Positions 38,645 through 48,900 of a stretch of 64,000 nucleotides of DNA are shown here, piece after piece. A program made the position numbers and the translations under genes. Origin of the DNA: Aeromicrobium sp. (lineage in GTDB: Bacteria; Actinomycetota; Actinomycetes; Propionibacteriales; Nocardioidaceae). The stretch is from assembly GCF_023146395.1 (NCBI RefSeq), contig NZ_JAGLCD010000004.1, positions 194,718 to 258,717 on the forward strand, in the 5' to 3' direction. The notes beneath the pieces are model-generated. The model had not been told where the DNA came from and ran no database searches. It saw only the letters and a program-made list of their open reading frames with translations. Position 1 is the first letter of the stretch, and each line of letters begins with the position of its first letter.

Positions 38645-38812
38645 GTGACACTTCAGAAGCGTTCAGTCGCCATCGTCGCTTTCGCGGTCGGTCTGCTCTT
38701 CGCAGGCGCGACCGCCTACGGCGTCGGCCAGTCCGTGCAGACGAGCAGCCCGGCAGGTTCGGGTCCGAACTCGGTCGACACGGTCGAGACCGTCAACTAC
38801 GGCTCGAACTGA
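38645..38812 (+). CDS. Small membrane-anchored protein (55 aa), Rv0236A/DUF2613-like; not in ORF track
   Basis: GAGGGAGA RBS and GTG start; MTLQKRSVAIVAFAVGLLFAGATAYGVGQSVQ...ETVNYGSN (single TM helix, C-terminal YG). Confidence 0.7.
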   Translation: MTLQKRSVAIVAFAVGLLFAGATAYGVGQSVQTSSPAGSGPNSVDTVETVNYGSN

Positions 38813-38846
38813 TCCAGTTCGGCCTGCACGAGGGAGCAGGCCGGAC

Positions 38847-40172
38847 TCACCCCGTGCGGTCGTCGACCGGTACGGCATCGCCCATGGGGGCGGTCCGAGC
38901 CGGTCGGAAGCGCCGGGTGACGACCCACGGGCTGCGCGAGACGCGCAGCGCGAGGGCCACGACGGCACGTTCGGCGATCCTGGACACGGGCCCGGAGTCA
39001 CCGCTGAAGGCCTGGTGCCGGTAGAAGAACATCGTGACCCGCTTGCGCGGCCCGTCGGGCGCGGTCGGATACGGCGGCAATCCCTCCCGGTCCCGGAGCC
39101 GCAGCAGGTCGTCCAGCTCGGTCAGCCAGGTGTCGTCAGCGGGGGAGTGGAAGTAGTTGTCCGCGCACCAGGCGGCGGTCGGGCGGCGGAATCGGCACGC
39201 GACGAGCTCGCTGGAGTCGTGCAGCAGTCCGCTGCCCTCGAACACGAGGTTGATCTGACGCGCCTCGACGCCGAAGTCGGTCAGGGCGAGGACCGGCACG
39301 TCGCTGGCCACGGCCTCGAGGAGCGCGGTCGAGCTGACCGTCACGAGGCCCACGGCCCGGGCGAGGTGCGCCGCCATGGGCCCGGACTCGACCCGCAGGT
39401 TGGCCGGGACGTCGATCTCCTTGAGCAGGGCCGGGTAGGGGTGCTGGTCGGCGTGCGTCTGGGGCTCGTCGGTCGTGCCCCGCACCTTGACCACGACCTC
39501 GAGACCCGGGTTCGCCCGGGCGGTCCGCACGAGCGCCTCGACCAGGGCCATCCGCTCCGGTCGTGACTCCGGCACGAGGGCCTGGGCGGCGAAGATGATC
39601 CGGTCGCGGGTCGCAGCGCCCGGCTCGACCTCCGCGGTCGGTGGTTCCAGGAACGGCAGGCGTGCCAGGGCGTAGCGGTGGGGGATCGAGAGTGCCCGGC
39701 TCGCCTCGGTGAAGGCACGGATCTCACGGTGGCTGTGCAGCACGAAGAGGTCGACCGACCGGCGAAAGCCCAGGCCGTAGGGCAGCACGGGCAGGGCGAT
39801 GCCGGGCAGACCGCTGACCAGGACGGGGCGGTCGGGGCGGTTGGGCACGGCGAGCTCGATCAGGGTCTGCACCGTGAGTCCTCGCGCTGCAGCGACCAGC
39901 ACGTCGGGCCGCCAGTCCCGAAGGATCGAGCGCAGGTCGTCCAGGCCGACGCGCTCGACTGCGGCAGGGTCGACGACGCTGCCGGCGACGGCCTCGGTCA
40001 CCTGACGTTCCGACGGCTCGGCGGACCCCCGTGCCACCGTGAACCGCACGGCCCACGAGGGCGGCACCCGGCTCGCGAGTGCCGCCCCCCACTTGACGTA
40101 GGAGTCCGCGTCGGTCACCACCAGGACCCGGCGATCAGGGGCGTCCCCCGGAGGGCGAGGGCCCGGCGGCAT
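38847..40172 (-). CDS. Putative glycosyltransferase, DUF6716-like (candidate nonulosonate transferase)
   Basis: DADSYVKWG, VLVSGLPG, FAAQA, VKVR, LVTVSSTALLEA; coupled to the NeuB-like gene by TGATG overlap. Confidence 0.7.
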   Translation of the reverse strand: MPPGPRPPGDAPDRRVLVVTDADSYVKWGAALASRVPPSWAVRFTVARGSAEPSERQVTEAVAGSVVDPAAVERVGLDDLRSILRDWRPDVLVAAARGLTVQTLIELAVPNRPDRPVLVSGLPGIALPVLPYGLGFRRSVDLFVLHSHREIRAFTEASRALSIPHRYALARLPFLEPPTAEVEPGAATRDRIIFAAQALVPESRPERMALVEALVRTARANPGLEVVVKVRGTTDEPQTHADQHPYPALLKEIDVPANLRVESGPMAAHLARAVGLVTVSSTALLEAVASDVPVLALTDFGVEARQINLVFEGSGLLHDSSELVACRFRRPTAAWCADNYFHSPADDTWLTELDDLLRLRDREGLPPYPTAPDGPRKRVTMFFYRHQAFSGDSGPVSRIAERAVVALALRVSRSPWVVTRRFRPARTAPMGDAVPVDDRTG

Positions 40173-41062
40173 CAGACGGTCGGCGCGGGGGCGGGCTCGC
40201 GCCGCAGCCGCTTCATGGGGGCCTCCTCGCCCGGCATGATGCGCTTGATGCCGTCGCCGAACGCCATCTCGAGGATCCGGATGTCACGCACCAGGCTCAT
40301 GAACCCGTGCGGCTCGAGGCTCGCGGCCTGGTCCGAGCCCCACATGGTCCGGTCGAGCGTGATGTGCCGCTCGATCGCGCACGCGCCCATCGCGACGGCG
40401 GCGAGCGAGATCTGCAGGCCGGGCTCGTGGCCGGAGTAGCCGACCGGCACCCCGTAGCGCTGCTGCAGCGTGTGGATCATGCGCAGGTTGGCCTCCTGCG
40501 CGGGCAGCGGGTAGGTCGATGTGGCGTGCATCAGCACGAGGCGGTCGGTCGACAGGACCTCGACGGCACGGTCGATCTGCTCGAGCGTGCTCATGCCGGT
40601 CGACAGGATGATCGGGGTGCCGGTGGCGGCCAGCGCCTGGAGCAGCTCGAGATCGGTGACGGACGCGGACGCGACCTTGTGGACGACGACCCCGAGATCC
40701 TCGAGGAAGTCGACCGAGGGGACGTCCCACGGCGACGCGAACCACTCGACGCCCTTGCTGCTCGCGTACTCGGCGATCTCGAGATACTGGTCCCGCTCGA
40801 ACTCGACCTTGTAGCGGTAGTCGAGATAGGTCATCTGACCCCAGGGGGTCTCGCGGATCGTGTCGCGCATCGCCGGCGGCGTGGAGATCTCGGGCGTGCG
40901 CTTCTGGAACTTGACCGCCTGGGCGCCCGCGAGCGCCGCGACGTCGATCAGCTTCTTGGCGACGTCGAGGTCACCGTTGTGGTTGATGCCGATCTCGCCG
41001 ATGACGTACGTGGGTCGCTTCGGTCCGACGATCTCGTCGCCGAGCTGCTGCCATTCAGCCAT
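40172..41062 (-). CDS. NeuB-family nonulosonate(-9-phosphate) synthase
   Basis: GEIGINHNGD, AVKFQKR, ILSTGM, GYSGHE, IERHITLDR; about 296 aa with no C-terminal SAF domain. Confidence 0.92.
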   Translation of the reverse strand: MAEWQQLGDEIVGPKRPTYVIGEIGINHNGDLDVAKKLIDVAALAGAQAVKFQKRTPEISTPPAMRDTIRETPWGQMTYLDYRYKVEFERDQYLEIAEYASSKGVEWFASPWDVPSVDFLEDLGVVVHKVASASVTDLELLQALAATGTPIILSTGMSTLEQIDRAVEVLSTDRLVLMHATSTYPLPAQEANLRMIHTLQQRYGVPVGYSGHEPGLQISLAAVAMGACAIERHITLDRTMWGSDQAASLEPHGFMSLVRDIRILEMAFGDGIKRIMPGEEAPMKRLRREPAPAPTV

Positions 41063-42290
41063 GGTCTCGTCCCTCTCGATGGTGTGACGTGGTCCCCGCG
41101 AGCACGCGATCGGCGAGCTCGCGGACGACTCCGTCGCCGCCATGGCGTCGGAGCACGATGTGGGCCGCGTGGAGCGCGGCGGGGTGGGCGTCGGCGACCG
41201 CGACCGGGAAGCCGACGAGGCGCAGGCAGCCGATGTCGTTGACGTCGTTGCCGAGGTAGGCGATGTCGGTCAGGGCGATGCCCCGCTCGCTCGCCCAGGC
41301 GCGCAGGGCGGTCGGCTTGTCGTCGCACCCGTGGATGACCTCGACGCCGAGCTTGGCCGCGCGGGCCGCCACGACACCGTTCGTCTCGGTCGAGAGGATC
41401 AAGAGATCGATCCCGGCCTTCTTGAGCATCGCGACACCCATGCCGTCGGAGCGGTTGACCGTGACGGACTCCGTGCCGTGCTCGTCGACCGTGACGCGGT
41501 CGCTCGTGTGCACTCCGTCGAAGTCGGTCACGACGGCTCGGACCCGCAGGGGTGAGGGGCGGTGGGCCTCGCGATGAGCGAGGGCGAGCTCGGCGAGCGA
41601 GAAGTCGTCGGTCGTGTCGATCTCGATCGCGTCGGCGGGGTCGACCTCGACCATCTCGAGACGCCCGAAGAACCGGTGGCCGTGCTCCAAGAATCCGCGG
41701 GTCCGCATCGCGTAGAACGCGCCGGTCTCGACGAACTCGGGCGGACGGTCCTGGCGGCGCAGGCGCGTCGACGCGTCGTGGTTGACGCCCACCGGCCCGT
41801 CGGGGCCGGTCGTCCACAGGTGCGCGTGGCTCCCGGCGACGCTGAACGCGACGTCGGCCACGTCGTCCTGCACCAGGGCGATGGCCCGGTCGACGTCGGC
41901 CGGCTCGATGAACGGGCTCGTGGCCTGCACGAACACCGTCACCTCGGGCACCGATCCGTAGCTGCCGAGCTCGTCCAGCACGTGCCGGAGGGCCGACTCG
42001 GAGCTGGCGGAGTCGCCTGCCAGGCGGCGGGGGCGATCGATCACGAGGGCGCCGTAGCCGCGGGCGGCGTCGGCGATCTCCTCGTCCTCGGTCGAGACGA
42101 TCACGGCGTTGATGGCGCGCACCTCGCGCAGCGTGCGCACGGCGCGACCGATCAGCGGCTCGCCGCCGAGCTCGCGCAGGTTCTTGCGCGGGACGCCCTT
42201 CGACCCGCCGCGAGCGGGGATCACGGCGATCACACCGCGTGCCGCCGGCACGGGTGTCACCGGTGCCGGCGCAGGGGCCACATGGGTCAT
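41055..42290 (-). CDS. CMP-nonulosonate synthetase (NeuA-like) fused to a KdsC-type HAD phosphatase
   Basis: IPARGGSKGVPRKN, QATSPF, RRQD, ETGAFY, EIDT; C-terminal DFDGVHT...ILSTE...K...GNDVND. Confidence 0.92.
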   Translation of the reverse strand: MTHVAPAPAPVTPVPAARGVIAVIPARGGSKGVPRKNLRELGGEPLIGRAVRTLREVRAINAVIVSTEDEEIADAARGYGALVIDRPRRLAGDSASSESALRHVLDELGSYGSVPEVTVFVQATSPFIEPADVDRAIALVQDDVADVAFSVAGSHAHLWTTGPDGPVGVNHDASTRLRRQDRPPEFVETGAFYAMRTRGFLEHGHRFFGRLEMVEVDPADAIEIDTTDDFSLAELALAHREAHRPSPLRVRAVVTDFDGVHTSDRVTVDEHGTESVTVNRSDGMGVAMLKKAGIDLLILSTETNGVVAARAAKLGVEVIHGCDDKPTALRAWASERGIALTDIAYLGNDVNDIGCLRLVGFPVAVADAHPAALHAAHIVLRRHGGDGVVRELADRVLAGTTSHHREGRDHG

Positions 42291-42494
42291 GTGGCGGACG
42301 CTAGAGATCGCTGGCGTCCAGGTGGTGAACGACACGGCAACCCCCGGCCAACGGCCGCGCGACGCCTGGAAATCCCTGGTAGGACTGGCAGAATGCCGTG
42401 ACCGGCGGCGCGTCGTGGTCCGGGTGCGGAACGTTAGGTGAACGATGTGCGGCACCTCGGCGACGAGGCCGGATCCGGTCCTACCGTGGGGTGG

Positions 42495-43733
42495 ATGAGA
42501 CCTCCGCGCGCGCTGCTGATCGCGGCCTTCGACTCCCAGCTCAAGTGGTGCTCACCGCTGCGATCGGAGCTCGTCGAGCGCGGTGTCGTCTGTACCGCGG
42601 TGGCACCGTCCGACCGCAAGTCGGCCCTGTCGTCGGCCCAGATCGCCGACGCCGGGTTCGAGCGGGTCGACCTGCGTCCGTGGGAGCGCATCGTCGAGGA
42701 CGCGGCGGCGTGCGACATCGTCGTGGTGGCCCTCGCCGGGCCCCTGGTGCAACGCCTGTGCCACGACCTGGCGGCCCGGTTGGCGGGCACCGGTGAGGTC
42801 GGACCCGTGCTGGTCTCGGGCTGGGTCGGCATCATCATCGAGAAGATCACGGCCGGATACCTGGACCGGGCGTGCACGGACGTCGTCGCGGTCAACTCCG
42901 GAGCCGATCTCGCGCACTTCACCCAGGTCGGTGAGGCACTCGGCCTCGGCGCGGACAACCTCCTCCTGACGGGGCTGCCGTTCCTGTCGCGCCGTCCGGC
43001 CGAGCCGCGGGCCGCGAGGCCTCCGCGGACCGTCCTGTGGGCCGACCAGCCCACGGTGCCGGCCGCTCCGCGCGAGCGTCGTCACGTCTACGACTGCCTC
43101 GTCGCGTACGCGCGGGAGCATCCCGAGCGCCAGGTGCTGCTGAAGCCGCGACACCGGCCGGGCGAGGACACCTTCCACCGGATGAAGCACCATCCCGAGG
43201 ACGTGCTCGACGGGGTGCCGACCCCGCCGAACTTCGCGATCGTCTACGACCCGATCACGCAGCTCCTGGACGACACCGACCTGCTGCTGACGATCTCGTC
43301 GACGGCGTGCCTGGAGGCGCTCGACCGTGGCCTGGACGTGGCGCTGGTGGCCGATCTCGGGATCCACGAGCGCTACGGCAACCAGGTGTTCCTCGACAGC
43401 GGGCTGCTGCGCACGTTCGAGCAGGTCGGCGCCGACGACCTCGGCACGATGTCGGCGAACTTTCGCCGCAGCTACTTCGAGGGGCGCGACCGCCCGCCGG
43501 CGCAGGTCGTGGTCGATCGCGTCGAGCAGCTCCTGGCCTCCGGTGAGCGTCCGTCCCGCGCGGTGTGGGGGACCTCGTACGTGCGGGGCGTCTGGGCGGC
43601 GCGCGACGCGGTGGCGGCCGGCGCGCCGCCTGGGGCACCCCGGTGGCGGCGGGTCTCGGCGGCCGGTCGGCGCCGGGTCGTGCAGGCCGCGGGCGACGCG
43701 CGACAGGTCCTCAGGCGCGCGCTGCCCCTGTAG
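42495..43733 (+). CDS. Second putative DUF6716-like glycosyltransferase
   Basis: FDSQLKW, VLVSGW, WADQ, LKPR, LLTISSTACLEA and NQVFLDSGLL parallel the motifs in 38847-40172. Confidence 0.65.
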   Translation: MRPPRALLIAAFDSQLKWCSPLRSELVERGVVCTAVAPSDRKSALSSAQIADAGFERVDLRPWERIVEDAAACDIVVVALAGPLVQRLCHDLAARLAGTGEVGPVLVSGWVGIIIEKITAGYLDRACTDVVAVNSGADLAHFTQVGEALGLGADNLLLTGLPFLSRRPAEPRAARPPRTVLWADQPTVPAAPRERRHVYDCLVAYAREHPERQVLLKPRHRPGEDTFHRMKHHPEDVLDGVPTPPNFAIVYDPITQLLDDTDLLLTISSTACLEALDRGLDVALVADLGIHERYGNQVFLDSGLLRTFEQVGADDLGTMSANFRRSYFEGRDRPPAQVVVDRVEQLLASGERPSRAVWGTSYVRGVWAARDAVAAGAPPGAPRWRRVSAAGRRRVVQAAGDARQVLRRALPL

Positions 43734-43756
43734 GTCGGGTGATCGCCGTCGGCAGC

Positions 43757-43862
43757 AAGGTTGAGGGGTTGAGGGTGCCCTGGCGCCCATAACCCCTCGT
43801 TCTTAGTCGATTTCTGACGAAGAACGAGGGGTTACGGTTGTCCTGGGAACCACGAACCCTCA
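43757..43862. repeat. Composite REP/BIME-like element
   Basis: GAGGGGTTGAGGGTGCC..GGCGCCCATAACCCCTC, perfect IR TAACCCCTCGTTCTT/AAGAACGAGGGGTTA (43790-43834), and a second degenerate unit ending AACCCTC. Confidence 0.7.
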
Positions 43863-43971
43863 TCTTCGGTCCCGCCACGGCGTGCGGTCGGAGGACGGAC
43901 CGCCGAGCCATCCGCTGCTGGTCCGTGCCGCTTGTCAGAGGCGCGCCGTGCGGTCAGCCGAGGTCTGGTTC

Positions 43972-45069
43972 TCACGCACCCGCAGCGCGGGCGCACTCCT
44001 CGGCGAAGCGGGACTGCGAGGCCTCCCACGAGAGCGACGCTGCCTTGGTGCGCGCGCCGTCGCCGAGGAAGCGGCGCCAGGACGGATCGGCGAGGATCCC
44101 GCCGATTGCCTTGGTGAGCTGCTCCGGGGTGTCGACCAGGACTCCGGAGTCCTTGTGGTCGATCGACTCCTGCGTGCCGCCCGCCGAGGCGTACGCGACG
44201 GTCGGAGTGCCGTGCAGGCCGGCCTCGCCCACGACGAGTCCCCATCCCTCCTTGAGCGACGGCATCGCCATGATCCAGGCCTCGGCGAGCAGTCGGTGCT
44301 TGGTGGCCTCGTCGACGAAGCCGTGGAACCTGACGCGATCGGCCACGCCGCGCGCCTCGGCGTGTGCCCGGAGCTCCTGGCCCCACCAGCCGTCGCCCGC
44401 GATGTCGAGCGTGAGCTCGGGATGTTCCTCGGTGAGGTCGGCGAGCGTGTCGATCGCGTGCTCGACCTGCTTGTGCGGCACCAGACGACCCAGGACGCAC
44501 AGGCGCGGGGTCGTGCTGCGCGGTCCGCCGAGGCGCGGTGCCGGGATCGTGCCGTTGTGGACGATCGCGACGCGGTCGCGGTCGACGCCGAGATCGACGA
44601 GCTCCAGGCGCGTCGCCTGCGAGACCGTGACGTACCGGGATCGCCGGTACATCCGTGGCGCGAGCCGGCTCTCGATCCACCAGCCGACGCGACCCACGAG
44701 TCCGGGGTACACGACGGGCCACTGCTCGCGGTGCACGTGGTGCAGCAGCACGAGCACGGGCTTGCGGGTGGCCCACCGGGTGAAGAACGGGAGCCCGTTC
44801 TGGACGTCGACCACGAGGTCGACGCGGCCGTAGCGTCGCAGCAGGAGTCGGGCGAAGATCTGCAGGTACACGCCGAACTTGGCGCCGCTGCGCACGAAGC
44901 GCACCCCGCCGGTGGTCTCGACCTTCGCAGCGCCCGGGAACGACGCCGCGGCGATGGTGACGCGGTGGCCGCGCTCGGCCAGTCCGCGAGCCATCTGCTC
45001 GACGTAGAACTCCGAACCGCCACCCTCGGGGTGGCTGGTGTCGCGCCAGTTGCAGAACAGCACGTGCAT
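43972..45069 (-). CDS. GT4 glycosyltransferase (Rv0225-like)
   Basis: NWRDTSHPEGGGSE, DVQNGLPF, GRLVPHK, SLKEGWGLVVGEA. Confidence 0.9.
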   Translation of the reverse strand: MHVLFCNWRDTSHPEGGGSEFYVEQMARGLAERGHRVTIAAASFPGAAKVETTGGVRFVRSGAKFGVYLQIFARLLLRRYGRVDLVVDVQNGLPFFTRWATRKPVLVLLHHVHREQWPVVYPGLVGRVGWWIESRLAPRMYRRSRYVTVSQATRLELVDLGVDRDRVAIVHNGTIPAPRLGGPRSTTPRLCVLGRLVPHKQVEHAIDTLADLTEEHPELTLDIAGDGWWGQELRAHAEARGVADRVRFHGFVDEATKHRLLAEAWIMAMPSLKEGWGLVVGEAGLHGTPTVAYASAGGTQESIDHKDSGVLVDTPEQLTKAIGGILADPSWRRFLGDGARTKAASLSWEASQSRFAEECARAAGA

Positions 45070-45200
45070 GGTGACTCGTTCTCCCTCAAGAACTCCCTCA
45101 GCGTCCGGGTCCCTCAACCCGACGCTCGCTCGTGACGTAGGTCACGATCTCGAGCGGAGCCTAGCACTGGGATGGATCCCGAGCGGGTTATCGTGTCGCG

Positions 45201-45959
45201 GTGCCAGACCCCGATGCGGACGCCTCCCGGCCGTTCCGTCACACGACGTCCCGGGCGTGGCGACTCTGGCGGGCCTTCGGTCACGAGCAGTCCGACCCGG
45301 CCCGGTTCTACGGCCTGCTCGCCGCCGACTCGGCGCGGCACGTCGAGTCGCACCTGCCGCACGGCCTCGCGGGTCAGTGGGTGCTCGACGTCGGCGGGGG
45401 ACCGGGCTACTTCGCCGACGCGTTCACGGGTCGCGGTGCGCGGTACACCCCCCTGGACTCCGACGTGGGCGAGCTGTCCGGACTCGGTGAGCTGCTGCCC
45501 GGCACCGTGATCGGCAGCGGGATGCAGCTGCCGTTCGCCGACGACTCGTTCGACGTCGTGTACTCCTCCAACGTCCTCGAGCACGTGCCCGAGCCGTGGT
45601 CCATGGCCGACGAGATGGTGCGGGTCGCGAAGCCCGGAGCGTTGGTGTTCTGCTCGTACACCCTCTGGTTCGGTCCGTGGGGCGGGCACGAGACGTCGCC
45701 CTGGCACCTGCTCGGGGGTCACCGGGCGCGCCGTCGCTACGAACGCCGGCACGGGCACCCGCCGAAGAACGTCTTCGGCGAGTCGATGTTCGCGGCCACG
45801 GCCGGGCCCGGCATCCGGTGGGCCCGGTCGCACCCGGACATCGAGGTCCTCTCCCTGGCGCCGCGGTACCTGCCCCGGTGGTTGCACTGGGTCGTCGCGG
45901 TCCCGCTGCTGCGCGAGGCGGTGACATGGAACCTCGCGATCGTGCTGCGCAAGCGCTGA
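45201..45959 (+). CDS. Class I SAM-dependent methyltransferase (Rv0224c-like)
   Basis: EQSDPARFY, VLDVGGGPGYF, SSNVLEHV, PWGGHET. Confidence 0.88.
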   Translation: MPDPDADASRPFRHTTSRAWRLWRAFGHEQSDPARFYGLLAADSARHVESHLPHGLAGQWVLDVGGGPGYFADAFTGRGARYTPLDSDVGELSGLGELLPGTVIGSGMQLPFADDSFDVVYSSNVLEHVPEPWSMADEMVRVAKPGALVFCSYTLWFGPWGGHETSPWHLLGGHRARRRYERRHGHPPKNVFGESMFAATAGPGIRWARSHPDIEVLSLAPRYLPRWLHWVVAVPLLREAVTWNLAIVLRKR

Positions 45960-48900
45960 CCGAAAGGTTCCGGCTCGTCGCGGTGTGCGCGGCGCTGACG
46001 GCCCTGGCGTTCCTGCAGGCGCCGGGGCGGGTCGTGGGCGACACCAAGGTGGACCTGGTGGTCGATCCGGGCGCCTGGCTGTCCCGGGCGGTCTCGATCT
46101 GGGACCCCGACGGCCAGCTGGGCCAGGTGCAGAACCAGGCCTACGGGTACCTGTTCCCGATGGGCCCGTTCTTCTGGGTCGGCGACGTGCTGCAGCTCGA
46201 CCCGTGGGTCGTGCAGCGACTCTGGTGGGCCCTGCTGTGGTGCGTCGCCTGCTGCGGCGTCGTGCGCCTGTGCCGGGAGCTGGGGATCGGGACCCCGGGC
46301 GTCCGCCTGCTCGCCGGCGTGCTGTTCGCGCTCTCGCCCCGGTTCCTCAGCGTGATCGGACCGAGCTCGATCGAGATGTGGCCCACCGCGCTCGCCCCCT
46401 GGGTCCTGGTCCCGCTCGTGATCGGACTGAGTCGGGGCCGCGCCTGGCGGCAGGCCGGACTGAGCGCGCTGGCGGTCGGCTGCGTGGGCGGGGTCAACGC
46501 GGTGGCCACGTCGGCCGTGCTGCCGCTCGCGGTCCTGTGGCTGCTGCTCGCCCCCCGCGGCCCGCGCCGCCGCGCCCTGCTGCTCTGGTGGCCACCGCTC
46601 GTGCTCGTGGCCGTGCTCTGGTGGTTGGTGCCGCTGCTCCTGCTGGGGCAGTACAGCCCGCCGTTCCTGGACTACATCGAGAGCTCGACCGTGACCTCCA
46701 GCACCGCCACCGTGCTGGACGCCCTCCGCGGCACCACGAACTGGGTGCCGCGGGTGTCGTGGCAGGCCGTCGCGGGCCGGGAGATCCTCACGACGCCCGT
46801 CATCGTCGGCCAGGTCCTCGTCCTGGTCGCGATCGGGGCCGTCGGGCTCGTGCGCCGCGACCTGCCGCACCGACGCTTCCTCGTGACCGGACTGGCCGCA
46901 GGCCTGGTGCTCATGACGATCGGGCACACCGGCACCGTGTCGGGCTGGTTCGCGCCCGAGCTGCAGACCGCGCTCGACGGCAGCCTGGCTCCACTGCGCA
47001 ACGCCCACAAGTTCGACGTCGTCGCGCGGCTTCCGCTGGTGCTCGGACTCGCGCACGCGGTGACCGTCTGGCTGGGCGCCGACCGCGAGCGCACGTTCGC
47101 CGACGTCCGGCTCTGGACGGCGCGCCTCGCCGTCGGGAGCGCCGTCCTGGCCGTGACCCTCCCGGCCTGGGCCGGCCACGTGGCGCCGCGCGGCTCCTGG
47201 GACGCCGTGCCCGACTACTGGTCGCAGACCACGACCTGGTTGGCCGACCACGACTCTCCGGCGGCGCTGGTGCTGCCCGCTTCGAGCTTCGCCGACCAGA
47301 TCTGGGGGAGCACGGGCGACGAGGTCGTGCAGCCGCTGGCCACGACCCCCTGGATCACTCGGTCGGTCGTGCCGCTCACGCCGCCGGGCACGATCCGCAT
47401 GCTCGACGCCGTCACCGACCAGGCGTCCTCCGGCTCCCCGACGGGCCTGGCCGCGACGCTGCGCCGGGCCGGCATCCGTCACGTCGTCGTGCGGTTCGAC
47501 CTGGCCGACCGGGTCGACCCGTCCCGTGCCGAGCTGATCGACCACACCCTCACCTCGACTCCGGGGCTCGTGGAGGTCGCGAGCTTCGGCCCGGACCTCG
47601 GCAGCGACCCGAGCACCGAGATCGACGGTCAGCGCTTCTTCGTCTCCGGGGGGTGGCAGACCGAGCAGCCGGCCGTGATCGTGTTCGAGGTCCAGGACGC
47701 GCCGACCCCGTTCACGCCGGTCGACACGGCTCCGGTCGTGGTCGGCGACGCCGGCACGCTCGCGGCGCTGGACACCCTCGGGGTGCTCCCGCCGGGCTCC
47801 ACGTTCCTCGCGGGCGATCGCCCGGAGTCGTCGACCGGGCCGTGGGTGCTGACCGACGGGCAGCGGCGGTCCGAGGTCGACTTCAGCGCCGTCGACCGCC
47901 AGCGCTCGGCGGCGCTCGGACCGGGGGAGCCCTACCGGTTCGACCGGGGCACGCACGACTACGCGGCCGACGACACCTCGGCGAGCGTCGTCGAGCTCGA
48001 GGGAGCCCGCGGCCTGACGGCCTCCTCGTCACGGTCGGACGCCGGCGTCGGTGGCGGCAGCCGTCCCTCGGCCGGCCCGTGGTCCGCGTTCGACGGCGAC
48101 CCCCGGTCGGCGTGGCAGTCGCGGACCGACACCGGCTGGATCCGGCTCCAGCTCGACGAGCCCACCGACCTGGGCGTCGTCACGATCCGGACGGGTCAGC
48201 CGCCCGGCGCGACCGAGGAGCTCACGGTCCACACCCAGGACGGTCCGCGCACCGTGCAGGCGATCGGCGACGCCGCGGTCGAGGTCGAGGTGGGTCGCGT
48301 CGACCGCATCGAGGTCGCCGGGGCGCGGGTTCCCCTGGGCCGCTTCCAGATCGCCGAGATCTCCAGTCCCGCCCTCACCGTGAGTCGGCCGCTGGTGCTC
48401 CCACGGGCCGAGGGACCGGTGTCGACCGTCGTCCTCGGCCTCGACCACGGCGTGCGCCCGGGCTGCCTGGACGTGGAGCTGATCGCACGCTGCCGCGTCG
48501 ACCAGGAGGAGCCGGGCGAGGACGCCTGGTCGATCGACCGGATCGTCGCGCTGCCGGCCGACGATGTCTTCACGCTCGACGTGCGCGCCTCGCCGGTCGG
48601 TGGGCCGGCCCTGGACGAGGTCCTGCAGCAGGGGCAGCCGATGCAGCTGCGCAGCTCGTCGACGCTGTCGAACGACCCAGCGACCACGGTCTCGCTCACG
48701 CTGGACGGCTCGGCCGCGACGGGGTGGATCGCCGACCCGGAGGACCTCGACCCCACCGTGACGCTCAGCTGGTCCAGTCCGCAGGTGCTCACCGAGCTCA
48801 CGCTCAGGACCGACGAGTCCCTGCCCGCCTCGTCGGTCGCGCGGATCGGGGTCGTCAGCGACACCGGCGAGCGGGCCACGGCCCGCGGGAGAAACGGCGT

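Noticed and set aside
45596-45925. N-terminal extension of the AftD-like ORF (1450 aa in the track)
   Set aside because: It overlaps the methyltransferase CDS in another frame; recognisable sequence begins near 45926.
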